Of a DNA stretch of 64,000 nucleotides, positions 12,864-25,874 are shown one piece after another. The position numbers and the translations under genes are program-made. The notes under the pieces were generated by a model. The model searched no databases. It saw only the letters and a program-made list of their open reading frames with translations, and was not told where the DNA came from. Origin of the DNA: Macrostomum lignano (lineage: Eukaryota); NCBI GenBank assembly GCA_002269645.1, contig NIVC01002693.1, positions 1 to 64,000 on the forward strand. Direction: 5' to 3'. Each line of letters opens with the position of its first letter. The first letter of the stretch is position 1.

Positions 12864-14120
12864 GTACTTTTCAGTCTTGATCGCATTGGATGGTACATAA
12901 CTGCTTTTCATTGGTTGAGGTTGGGGTCGTGTCCTCAGCTTTTGCTATTTGGAGCGCATTCATTGGTTAAAATACATTCAATCTGGATGGGAGCTTTCTA
13001 GAGCCAAAATGTATCACTTCACTAAGATGTGCAGTGGTCCTTTGGATGTGGTTAGTTCTGCAGGCATCGACGTAATTTATCAAATGAGACGAATTGTATA
13101 CCGAGCATGACAGCTAGTGCAGGGCCAGAATCGATTACAGAGGTTCGCCAGAGCAATTGCAGTGATCCATGTGGCTGCCGAGTCAGACGTCTGTAATAGG
13201 CTAATTAACTTACCAAGACCAAAGTATTTAATTTAAATTTATAAGCTGTTCTTTTAGTAGTTATGCAGCATAAGAAAATAGTATAGTAAAATAGTAAAAT
13301 AGTATTAAAGCTATGTTGCAGAATATAAATGCTTGCTGAATTATTTTTAAAAAAAACGCAAGTCTGTTCGAAAAAAGATACATGCATTTTAGGTTTTAAA
13401 AGAAATGGCTTCCTAGCTCGTTTACTATATATATTCTAATTCAAAAAAACTTTTAATGCTTTAAAAGACATATTTTGCAAGCCTAATTTTTAGCTAAACC
13501 AGTTTTGTATATTTTAAGCATCATATTTCGGTGTTTAAGTACAATATTAAATTCTTGAGTGGTACAATATCAATTATTTCGGGTGTTTCTTGTTACGCGA
13601 TAATTTTAAATACAAGCAATTTATACGAAAAAAACAAAATGTTGATTTAAAAATAACATTTTCTATTGAAATAATACTTATTAAATAGTAAACATAGAAT
13701 AAAAGATGTATCTAATTTATAAAAAAATAAAAGAAAACTTGCATTATTTCACAATTTTTGGTCGTTTTATTTTCCGTTGCGAAAAATAACAAATTGCTAG
13801 ATTTCGTCTTAAATATTTGGTTTCTTGTGGTTTTAACGGCAGTTTTTTAATTAAATTGACGAAAGAATCGTTTTTGCAAAATAATTACTTTATTCAAAAA
13901 CTTTTTTTTCTGTACCAAAACATCATGACCTTAATTTGAGAACTACCCGATGCAGGGATTCCCCGAGCGATATTCAAGATCGATTTTCGGAAATAACAAA
14001 AATCTTTGCTTTTAAAGCACCAAACGCTATGATTTTTTACAGAAAAAAACATCACCCACGAGATAAACCGACTTGAAAAAAATTACGGCTACAGATAGAA
14101 AGGATTTTTTACAATTTGCA

Positions 14121-14800
14121 AAAAACTGATGTTCCTATCTCCGCAATGTATTAGATTGATATTCGATTTCGAGTACTTCTGCTTGCTCTCTGTCGCTGAA
14201 AATTGACATGCAGGACTTCACCCAGACACTAAGCGATTATCATAACTCAAACCGAACTCAAAGCTTCATGCTCGAGAACTATTCGAGAAAAACTGATGTT
14301 CCTATCTCCGCAATGTATTAGATTGATATTCGATTTCGAGTACTTCTGCTTGCTCTCTGTCGCTGAAAATTGACATGCAGGACTTCACCCAGACACTAAG
14401 CGATTATCATAACTCAAACCGAACTCAAAGCTTCATGCTCGAGAACTATTCGAGAAAAACTGATGTTCCTATCTCCGCAATGTATTAGATTGATATTCGA
14501 TTTCGAGTACTTCTGCTTGCTCTCTGTCGCTGAAAATTGACATGCAGGACTTCACCCAGACACTAAGCGATTATCATAACTCAAACCGAACTCAAAGCTT
14601 CATGCTCGAGAACTATTCGAGAAAAACTGATGTTCCTATCTCCGCAATGTATTAGATTGATATTCGATTTCGAGTACTTCTGCTTGCTCTCTGTCGCTGA
14701 AAATTGACATGCAGGACTTCACCCAGACACTAAGCGATTATCATAACTCAAACCGAACTCAAAGCTTCATGCTCGAGAACTATTCGAGAAAAACTGATGT
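14121..14800 (-). repeat. 167-bp repeat, ~4 copies (left arm)
   Basis: AAAAACTGATGTTCC recurs at 14121, 14288 and onward with period 167. Confidence 0.97.
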
Positions 14801-15462
14801 TTCTACATGTACATGTACATGTATCTTCACAGTGCATTAGATTGGGATAATAATTTTGTTCATTTGTGTGAATATATAGTAAGATGTTTGCATGCATGAT
14901 GTACATATATTGGCTGATTTACAATAATTTTTTAAAGATTCTCTACTAGTAAACACTGACTCATTGGGTTCAATCAGTTTAATTGATTTCATTAAGCCAT
15001 GCAGCACTATTAAACTTTTTCGCGTTGTGTACACTGACCTGCCTACTTGGACTGTTCGTACAGTTTCAGCCGTGCAATCAAACATCGGTACACCCGTATT
15101 TTCTGCGCTGAAATACTTTTTGCACTGCACATTTGACTGATATATTTCTTCGGACAGGGCTGGATACAATTTTGCGTCAAATTGGACCCACTCAAAATCA
15201 CTCTGTAGCTACTGATTTTGAAAATAAGCTTTGAAGAAAATTTGCTGCGTCTAATTATTAGTTTCACGAATTGTTTCAGGAATAGTTTCACGTTCACGAA
15301 TGACAGGCTTCTTTGTTAGGTCATTTCTCTTCTTTGTATGTTGCTTACTGTTGGCTCAAAGTATTCCGCCAAAAGATGAGGTAAGCCACTTTTTGTCCCT
15401 GTGTCACATCTTAATCTTTGTGGCATAGTAGCCATTTGTAAATTTTATTTCATAGCTACGAA

Positions 15463-17268
15463 ATGCCTCGAAATTTGGACGATTTACAGATCGATAGCGT
15501 TGTGACTGATGGAATAAAAAAGTTTGCAACGCCTCGTAGTTTTAAAGCTTCGGCTCCCATCTTCTGCTACATCGCAGAACGACTAAATTTGAGGAATACC
15601 ATACGCAATCGAGCCATGATGTTCCACTGGATTCGCAAAAGAACAAAAGAAAAAAATGAATTGGCCGGATTGACTGGAACTTTCTCTGAGGGCCGCATTC
15701 CTTTGATTAGTACTCCCCCTAGACCTTCTGAGGGTCACCCTCCTCCGGTTAGCACTCCCCCTAGACCTTCTGAGGGTCACCCTCCTCCGGTTAGCACTCC
15801 CCCTAGACCTTCTGAGGGTCACCCTCCTCCGGTTAGCACTCCCCTAGACCTTCTGAGGGTCACCCTCCTCCGGTTAGCACTCCCCCTAGACCTTCTGAGG
15901 GTCACCCTCCTCCGGTTAGCACTCCCCCTAGACCTTCTGAGGGTCACCCTCCTCCGGTTAGCACTCCCCCTAGACCTTCTGAGGGTCACCCTCCTCCGGT
16001 TAGCACTCCCCCTAGACCTTCTGAGGGTCACCCTCCTCCGGTTAGCACTCCCCTAGACCTTCTGAGGGTCACCCTCCTCCGGTTAGCACTCCCCCTAGAC
16101 CTTCTGAGGGTCACCCTCCTCCGGTTAGCACTCCCCCTAGACCTTCTGAGGGTCACCCTCCTCCGGTTAGCACTCCCCCTAGACCTTCTGAGGGTCACCC
16201 TCCTCCGGTTAGCACTCCCCCTAGACCTTCTGAGGGTCACCCTCCTCCGGTTAGCACTCCCCCTAGACCTTCTGAGGGTCACCCTCCTCCGGTTAGCACT
16301 CCCCCTAGACCTTCTGAGGGTCACCCTCCTCCGGTTAGCACTCCCCCTAGACCTTCTGAGGGTCACCCTCCTCCGGTTAGCACTCCCCCTAGACCTTCTG
16401 AGGGTCACCTTCTGAGGGTGAGTTAAGCACGCAAGAAAATCTATTTAGCTATGTAATTTGATTTTGACGTTTCCCGAATTATTTCATTTTTAGGAAGTCC
16501 GTTTGATTTTGGTTCCCATGTTTACTGGAAGCCATTTTTACCTGGTAGCGATTAACGTATCAGCTAGAAATGTTTACCTCTTCGACTCCTCTACCAGTAA
16601 TATCCGCCAGCAGAATGTGTTGCCCAGAATTGTAGAAAACTGGAAGTAAGAAGCTTTTCCTTTCAACCTTTGACTTCAGATAAGACAATTATGAATGTAA
16701 GGATACACATCCATGTAAGCTTTTCCGAACACCAATTGTAGTGCTTTTCTACGTCTGGCACCAAAAGAAATCTACGAGTATTTTTCACTCAAAGAAAATA
16801 CTACTTTTCGCAGTGGCAGCGCTCCACACACTAAGCAAGACGATTCTTTTAGTTGTGGTGCCTTCGTCTGCTTGTATGCCAGAAGCATAATTCTTGGTAG
16901 GGAGCTACAATATCAGAAAGCAAGCAAAGACTTTCTTGAGAAAGTGCGTTGTTACATATGGAAAGTAATCAGTAACAACTCCGTCGATAGCAACCAAGGT
17001 TCTTGTGCAATTTGTCAAGCAGAAGAGCCGCCAAAAGCAGACGGTGCAGCAACAATTGATTGGGTGAGTTGTAAAATTCTTGTATGTATAAACACCTCTG
17101 TGCCAAATATCCATACACATGTACTCACTTTACCTTTACTTCTTGTACATGCACTACTGGTAGATTGAGTGCTCATTCTGTCTTGACTGGATCCACTGCG
17201 TCTGTGCATCCACAACGCAAGAAGAGGAAAACTTCTGCTGCTCGACCTGCATCAATTTACTCAGCTGA
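15463..17268 (+). CDS. Spliced Ulp1/SENP-like (peptidase C48) cysteine protease + C-terminal PHD finger. Exons ~15463-16417, 16494-16645, 16742-17063, 17164-17268.
   Basis: Three phase-compatible GT-AG introns. Spliced product contains LILVPMFTGSHFYLVAIN...YLFDSS, KQDDSFSCGAFVC, and CAIC...WIECSFCLDWIHCVC...FCCSTC. Two 1-nt deletions in C-runs of the 42-bp repeat (~15841, ~16050) break the frame as assembled. Confidence 0.8.
15711..16409 (+). repeat. 42-bp coding minisatellite (STPPRPSEGHPPPV), ~16.5 copies
   Basis: AGCACTCCCCCTAGACCTTCTGAGGGTCACCCTCCTCCGGTT in tandem. Confidence 0.97.
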
Positions 17269-17410
17269 TCGATTACCATACAAGTCAATGGCCTAACTTT
17301 GTGCAGCATTAAATATGCATGACTATTAGACTATAGTCTAATGATTTAATTAAATGATAAGATTAAAGAGCTAATTGAGTTTCATCTAAATTATAATTTA
17401 TTCAGTGCAA

Positions 17411-20400
17411 ATAAACGCTTAGTGTCTGGGTGAAGTCCTGTATGTCAATTTTCAGCGACAGAGAGCAAGCAGAAGTACTCGAAATCGAATATCAATCTAA
17501 TACATTGCGGAGATAGGAACATCAGTTTTTCTCGAATAGTTCTCGAGCATGAAGCTTTGAGTTCGGTTTGAGTTATGATAAACGCTTAGTGTCTGGGTGA
17601 AGTCCTGTATGTCAATTTTCAGCGACAGAGAGCAAGCAGAAGTACTCGAAATCGAATATCAATCTAATGCATTGTGGAGATAGGAACATCAGTTTTTCTC
17701 GAATAGTTCTCGAGCATGAAGCTTTGAGTTCGGTTTGAGTTATGATAATCGCTTAGTGTCTGGGTGAAGTCCTGTATGTCAATTTTCAGCGACAGAGAGC
17801 AAGCAGAAGTACTCGAAATCGAATATCAATCTAATGCATTGTGGAGATAGGAACATCAGTTTTTCTCGAATAGTTCTCGAGCATGAAGCTTTGAGTTCGG
17901 TTTGAGTTATGATAATCGCTTAGTGTCTGGGTGAAGTCCTGCATGCCAATTTTCAGCGACAGAGAGCAAGCAGAAGTACTCGAAATCGAATATCAATCTA
18001 ATGCATTGTGGAGATAGGAACATCAGTTTTTCTCGAATAGTTCTCGAGCATGAAGCTTTGAGTTCGGTTTGAGTTATGATAAACGCTTAGTGTCTGGGTG
18101 AAGTCCTGCATGTCAATTTTCAGCGACAGAGAGCAAGCAGAAGTACTCGAAATCGAATATCAATCTAATGCATTGTGGAGATAGGAACATCAGTTTTTCT
18201 CGAATAGTTCTCGAGCATGAAGCTTTGAGTTCGGTTTGAGTTATGATAATCGCTTAGTGTCTGGGTGAAGTCCTGCATGTCAATTTTCAGCGACAGAGAG
18301 CAAGCAGAAGTACTCGAAATCGAATATCAATCTAATGCATTGTGGAGATAGGAACATCAGTTTTTCTCGAATAGTTCTCGAGCATGAAGCTTTGAGTTCG
18401 GTTTGAGTTATGATAATCGCTTAGTGTCTGGGTGAAGTCCTGCATGTCAATTTTCAGCGACAGAGAGCAAGCAGAAGTACTCGAAATCGAATATCAATCT
18501 AATACATTGTGGAGATAGGAACATCAGTTTTTCTCGAATAGTTCTCGAGCATGAAGCTTTGAGTTCGGTTTGAGTTATGATAATCGCTTAGTGTCTGGGT
18601 GAAGTCCTGTATGTCAATTTTCAGCGACAGAGAGCAAGCAGAAGTACTCGAAATCGAATATCAATCTAATGCATTGTGGAGATAGGAACATCAGTTTTTC
18701 TCGAATAGTTCTCGAGCATGAAGCTTTGAGTTCGGTTTGAGTTATGATAATCGCTTAGTGTCTGGGTGAAGTCCTGCATGTCAATTTTCAGCGACAGAGA
18801 GCAAGCAGAAGTACTCGAAATCGAATATCAATCTAATGCATTGTGGAGATAGGAACATCAGTTTTTCTCGAATAGTTCTCGAGCATGAAGCTTTGAGTTC
18901 GGTTTGAGTTATGATAATCGCTTAGTGTCTGGGTGAAGTCCTGCATGCAATTTTCAGCGACAGAGAGCAAGCAGAAGTACTCGAAATCGAATATCAATCT
19001 AATGCATTGTGGAGATAGGAACATCAGTTTTTCTCGAATAGTTCTCGAGCATGAAGCTTTGAGTTCGGTTTGAGTTATGATAAACGCTTAGTGTCTGGGT
19101 GAAGTCCTGCATGTCAATTTTCAGCGACAGAGAGCAAGCAGAAGTACTCGAAATCGAATATCAATCTAATGCATTGTGGAGATAGGAACATCAGTTTTTC
19201 TCGAATAGTTCTCGAGCATGAAGCTTTGAGTTCGGTTTGAGTTATGATAATCGCTTAGTGTCTGGGTGAAGTCCTGCATGTCAATTTTCAGCGACAGAGA
19301 GCAAGCAGAAGTACTCGAAATCGAATATCAATCTAATGCATTGTGGAGATAGGAACATCAGTTTTTCTCGAATAGTTCTCGAGCATGAAGCTTTGAGTTC
19401 GGTTTGAGTTATGATAATCGCTTAGTGTCTGGGTGAAGTCCTGCATGTCAATTTTCAGCGACAGAGAGCAAGCAGAAGTACTCGAAATCGAATATCAATC
19501 TAATACATTGTGGAGATAGGAACATCAGTTTTTCTCGAATATTCTCGAGCATGAAGCTTTGAGTTCGGTTTGAGTTATGATAATCGCTTAGTGTCTGGGT
19601 GAAGTCCTGCATGCCAATTTTCAGCGACAGAGAGCAAGCAGAAGTACTCGAAATCGAATATCAATCTAATACATTGTGGAGATAGGAACATCAGTTTTTC
19701 TCGAATATTCTCGAGCATGAAGCTTTGAGTTCGGTTTGAGTTATGATAATCGCTTAGTGTCTGGGTGAAGTCCTGCATGCCAATTTTCAGCGACAGAGAG
19801 CAAGCAGAAGTACTCGAAATCGAATATCAATCTAATACATTGCGGAGATAGGAACATCAGTTTTTCTCGAATAGTTCTCGAGCATGAAGCTTTGAGTTCG
19901 GTTTGAGTTATGATAATCGCTTAGTGTCTGGGTGAAGTCCTGCATGTCAATTTTCAGCGACAGAGAGCAAGCAGAAGTACTCGAAATCGAATATCAATCT
20001 AATGCATTGCGGAGATAGGAACATCAGTTTTTCTCGAATAGTTCTCGAGCATGAAGCTTTGAGTTCGGTTTGAGTTATGATAATCGCTTAGTGTCTGGGT
20101 GAAGTCCTGCATGCAATTTTCAGCGACAGAGAGCAAGCAGAAGTACTCGAAATCGAATATCAATCTAATACATTGCGGAGATAGGAACATCAGTTTTTCT
20201 CGAATAGTTCTCGAGCATGAAGCTTTGAGTTCGGTTTGAGTTATGATAATCGCTTAGTGTCTGGGTGAAGTCCTGCATGTCAATTTTCAGCGACAGAGAG
20301 CAAGCAGAAGTACTCGAAATCGAATATCAATCTAATACATTGCGGAGATAGGAACATCAGTTTTTCTCGAATAGTTCTCGAGCATGAAGCTTTGAGTTCG

Positions 20401-23400
20401 GTTTGAGTTATGATAATCGCTTAGTGTCTGGGTGAAGTCCTGCATGTCAATTTTCAGCGACAGAGAGCAAGCAGAAGTACTCGAAATCGAATATCAATCT
20501 AATGCATTGCGGAGATAGGAACATCAGTTTTTCTCGAATAGTTCTCGAGCATGAAGCTTTGAGTTCGGTTTGAGTTATGATAATCGCTTAGTGTCTGGGT
20601 GAAGTCCTGCATGTCAATTTTCAGCGACAGAGAGCAAGCAGAAGTACTCGAAATCGAATATCAATCTAATACATTGCGGAGATAGGAACATCAGTTTTTC
20701 TCGAATAGTTCTCGAGCATGAAGCTTTGAGTTCGGTTTGAGTTATGATAATCGCTTAGTGTCTGGGTGAAGTCCTGCATGTCAATTTTCAGCGACAGAGA
20801 GCAAGCAGAAGTACTCGAAATCGAATATCAATCTAATACATTGTGGAGATAGGAACATCAGTTTTTCTCGAATAGTTCTCGAGCATGAAGCTTTGAGTTC
20901 GGTTTGAGTTATGATAATCGCTTAGTGTCTGGGTGAAGTCCTGCATGCAATTTTCAGCGACAGAGAGCAAGCAGAAGTACTCGAAATCGAATATCAATCT
21001 AATACATTGCGGAGATAGGAACATCAGTTTTTCTCGAATAGTTCTCGAGCATGAAGCTTTGAGTTCGGTTTGAGTTATGATAATCGCTTAGTGTCTGGGT
21101 GAAGTCCTGCATGTCAATTTTCAGCGACAGAGAGCAAGCAGAAGTACTCGAAATCGAATATCAATCTAATACATTGCGGAGATAGGAACATCAGTTTTTC
21201 TCGAATAGTTCTCGAGCATGAAGCTTTGAGTTCGGTTTGAGTTATGATAATCGCTTAGTGTCTGGGTGAAGTCCTGCATGCCAATTTTCAGCGACAGAGA
21301 GCAAGCAGAAGTACTCGAAATCGAATATCAATCTAATGCATTGTGGAGATAGGAACATCAGTTTTTCTCGAATAGTTCTCGAGCATGAAGCTTTGAGTTC
21401 GGTTTGAGTTATGATAATCGCTTAGTGTCTGGGTGAAGTCCTGCATGTCAATTTTCAGCGACAGAGAGCAAGCAGAAGTACTCGAAATCGAATATCAATC
21501 TAATACATTGCGGAGATAGGAACATCAGTTTTTCTCGAATAGTTCTCGAGCATGAAGCTTTGAGTTCGGTTTGAGTTATGATAATCGCTTAGTGTCTGGG
21601 TGAAGTCCTGCATGCCAATTTTCAGCGACAGAGAGCAAGCAGAAGTACTCGAAATCGAATATCAATCTAATACATTGTGGAGATAGGAACATCAGTTTTT
21701 CTCGAATAGTTCTCGAGCATGAAGCTTTGAGTTCGGTTTGAGTTATGATAATCGCTTAGTGTCTGGGTGAAGTCCTGCATGTCAATTTTCAGCGACAGAG
21801 AGCAAGCAGAAGTACTCGAAATCGAATATCAATCTAATACATTGCGGAGATAGGAACATCAGTTTTTCTCGAATAGTTCTCGAGCATGAAGCTTTGAGTT
21901 CGGTTTGAGTTATGATAATCGCTTAGTGTCTGGGTGAAGTCCTGCATGCCAATTTTCAGCGACAGAGAGCAAGCAGAAGTACTCGAAATCGAATATCAAT
22001 CTAATACATTGCGGAGATAGGAACATCAGTTTTTCTCGAATAGTTCTCGAGCATGAAGCTTTGAGTTCGGTTTGAGTTATGATAATCGCTTAGTGTCTGG
22101 GTGAAGTCCTGCATGTCAATTTTCAGCGACAGAGAGCAAGCAGAAGTACTCGAAATCGAATATCAATCTAATACATTGCGGAGATAGGAACATCAGTTTT
22201 TCTCGAATAGTTCTCGAGCATGAAGCTTTGAGTTCGGTTTGAGTTATGATAATCGCTTAGTGTCTGGGTGAAGTCCTGCATGCAATTTTCAGCGACAGAG
22301 AGCAAGCAGAAGTACTCGAAATCGAATATCAATCTAATGCATTGTGGAGATAGGAACATCAGTTTTTCTCGAATAGTTCTCGAGCATGAAGCTTTGAGTT
22401 CGGTTTGAGTTATGATAATCGCTTAGTGTCTGGGTGAAGTCCTGCATGTCAATTTTCAGCGACAGAGAGCAAGCAGAAGTACTCGAAATCGAATATCAAT
22501 CTAATACATTGCGGAGATAGGAACATCAGTTTTTCTCGAATAGTTCTCGAGCATGAAGCTTTGAGTTCGGTTTGAGTTATGATAATCGCTTAGTGTCTGG
22601 GTGAAGTCCTGCATGCAATTTTCAGCGACAGAGAGCAAGCAGAAGTACTCGAAATCGAATATCAATCTAATACATTGTGGAGATAGGAACATCAGTTTTT
22701 CTCGAATAGTTCTCGAGCATGAAGCTTTGAGTTCGGTTTGAGTTATGATAATCGCTTAGTGTCTGGGTGAAGTCCTGCATGTCAATTTTCAGCGACAGAG
22801 AGCAAGCAGAAGTACTCGAAATCGAATATCAATCTAATACATTGCGGAGATAGGAACATCAGTTTTTCTCGAATAGTTCTCGAGCATGAAGCTTTGAGTT
22901 CGGTTTGAGTTATGATAATCGCTTAGTGTCTGGGTGAAGTCCTGCATGTCAATTTTCAGCGACAGAGAGCAAGCAGAAGTACTCGAAATCGAATATCAAT
23001 CTAATACATTGCGGAGATAGGAACATCAGTTTTTCTCGAATAGTTCTCGAGCATGAAGCTTTGAGTTCGGTTTGAGTTATGATAATCGCTTAGTGTCTGG
23101 GTGAAGTCCTGCATGTCAATTTTCAGCGACAGAGAGCAAGCAGAAGTACTCGAAATCGAATATCAATCTAATACATTGCGGAGATAGGAACATCAGTTTT
23201 TCTCGAATAGTTCTCGAGCATGAAGCTTTGAGTTCGGTTTGAGTTATGATAATCGCTTAGTGTCTGGGTGAAGTCCTGCATGTCAATTTTCAGCGACAGA
23301 GAGCAAGCAGAAGTACTCGAAATCGAATATCAATCTAATACATTGCGGAGATAGGAACATCAGTTTTTCTCGAATAGTTCTCGAGCATGAAGCTTTGAGT

Positions 23401-25874
23401 TCGGTTTGAGTTATGATAATCGCTTAGTGTCTGGGTGAAGTCCTGCATGCCAATTTTCAGCGACAGAGAGCAAGCAGAAGTACTCGAAATCGAATATCAA
23501 TCTAATGCATTGCGGAGATAGGAACATCAGTTTTTCTCGAATAGTTCTCGAGCATGAAGCTTTGAGTTCGGTTTGAGTTATGATAATCGCTTAGTGTCTG
23601 GGTGAAGTCCTGCATGCCAATTTTCAGCGACAGAGAGCAAGCAGAAGTACTCGAAATCGAATATCAATCTAATACATTGTGGAGATAGGAACATCAGTTT
23701 TTCTCGAATAGTTCTCGAGCATGAAGCTTTGAGTTCGGTTTGAGTTATGATAATCGCTTAGTGTCTGGGTGAAGTCCTGCATGTCAATTTTCAGCGACAG
23801 AGAGCAAGCAGAAGTACTCGAAATCGAATATCAATCTAATGCATTGTGGAGATAGGAACATCAGTTTTTCTCGAATAGTTCTCGAGCATGAAGCTTTGAG
23901 TTCGGTTTGAGTTATGATAATCGCTTAGTGTCTGGGTGAAGTCCTGCATGCCAATTTTCAGCGACAGAGAGCAAGCAGAAGTACTCGAAATCGAATATCA
24001 ATCTAATACATTGCGGAGATAGGAACATCAGTTTTTCTCGAATAGTTCTCGAGCATGAAGCTTTGAGTTCGGTTTGAGTTATGATAATCGCTTAGTGTCT
24101 GGGTGAAGTCCTGCATGTCAATTTTCAGCGACAGAGAGCAAGCAGAAGTACTCGAAATCGAATATCAATCTAATACATTGCGGAGATAGGAACATCAGTT
24201 TTTCTCGAATAGTTCTCGAGCATGAAGCTTTGAGTTCGGTTTGAGTTATGATAATCGCTTAGTGTCTGGGTGAAGTCCTGCATGCCAATTTTCAGCGACA
24301 GAGAGCAAGCAGAAGTACTCGAAATCGAATATCAATCTAATGCATTGTGGAGATAGGAACATCAGTTTTTCTCGAATAGTTCTCGAGCATGAAGCTTTGA
24401 GTTCGGTTTGAGTTATGATAATCGCTTAGTGTCTGGGTGAAGTCCTGCATGTCAATTTTCAGCGACAGAGAGCAAGCAGAAGTACTCGAAATCGAATATC
24501 AATCTAATGCATTGTGGAGATAGGAACATCAGTTTTTCTCGAATAGTTCTCGAGCATGAAGCTTTGAGTTCGGTTTGAGTTATGATAAACGCTTAGTGTC
24601 TGGGTGAAGTCCTGCATGTCAATTTTCAGCGACAGAGAGCAAGCAGAAGTACTCGAAATCGAATATCAATCTAATGCATTGTGGAGATAGGAACATCAGT
24701 TTTTCTCGAATAGTTCTCGAGCATGAAGCTTTGAGTTCGGTTTGAGTTATGATAATCGCTTAGTGTCTGGGTGAAGTCCTGCATGTCAATTTTCAGCGAC
24801 AGAGAGCAAGCAGAAGTACTCGAAATCGAATATCAATCTAATACATTGCAGAGATAGGAACATCAGTTTTTCTCGAATAGTTCTCGAGCATGAAGCTTTG
24901 AGTTCGGTTTGAGTTATGATAAACGCTTAGTGTCTGGGTGAAGTCCTGCATGTCAATTTTCAGCGACAGAGAGCAAGCAGAAGTACTCGAAATCGAATAT
25001 CAATCTAATACATTGCGGAGATAGGAACATCAGTTTTTCTCGAATAGTTCTCGAGCATGAAGCTTTGAGTTCGGTTTGAGTTATGATAATCGCTTAGTGT
25101 CTGGGTGAAGTCCTGCATGTCAATTTTCAGCGACAGAGAGCAAGCAGAAGTACTCGAAATCGAATATCAATCTAATACATTGCGGAGATAGGAACATCAG
25201 TTTTTCTCGAATAGTTCTCGAGCATGAAGCTTTGAGTTCGGTTTGAGTTATGATAATCGCTTAGTGTCTGGGTGAAGTCCTGCATGCCAATTTTCAGCGA
25301 CAGAGAGCAAGCAGAAGTACTCGAAATCGAATATCAATCTAATGCATTGTGGAGATAGGAACATCAGTTTTTCTCGAATAGTTCTCGAGCATGAAGCTTT
25401 GAGTTCGGTTTGAGTTATGATAATCGCTTAGTGTCTGGGTGAAGTCCTGCATGTCAATTTTCAGCGACAGAGAGCAAGCAGAAGTACTCGAAATCGAATA
25501 TCAATCTAATACATTGCGGAGATAGGAACATCAGTTTTTCTCGAATAGTTCTCGAGCATGAAGCTTTGAGTTCGGTTTGAGTTATGATAAACGCTTAGTG
25601 TCTGGGTGAAGTCCTGCATGTCAATTTTCAGCGACAGAGAGCAAGCAGAAGTACTCGAAATCGAATATCAATCTAATACATTGCGGAGATCGGAACATCA
25701 GTTTTTCTCGAATAGTTCTCGAGCATGAAGCTTTGAGTTCGGTTTGAGTTATGATAATCGCTTAGTGTCTGGGTGAAGTCCTGCATGTCAATTTTCAGCG
25801 ACAGAGAGCAAGCAGAAGTACTCGAAATCGAATATCAATCTAATACATTGCGGAGATAGGAACATCAGTTTTTT
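17411..25874 (+). repeat. 167-bp satellite, ~50 highly similar copies (right arm)
   Basis: AGTGTCTGGG at 17421, 17588, 17755 and onward; only a few variable sites. Confidence 0.98.

Noticed and set aside
17411-25874. CRISPR-like array, or the repeated 63-aa ORFs (MFLSPQ...)
   Set aside because: No unique spacers and no cas genes; the ORFs arise only where 1-nt deletion variants join frames of the satellite
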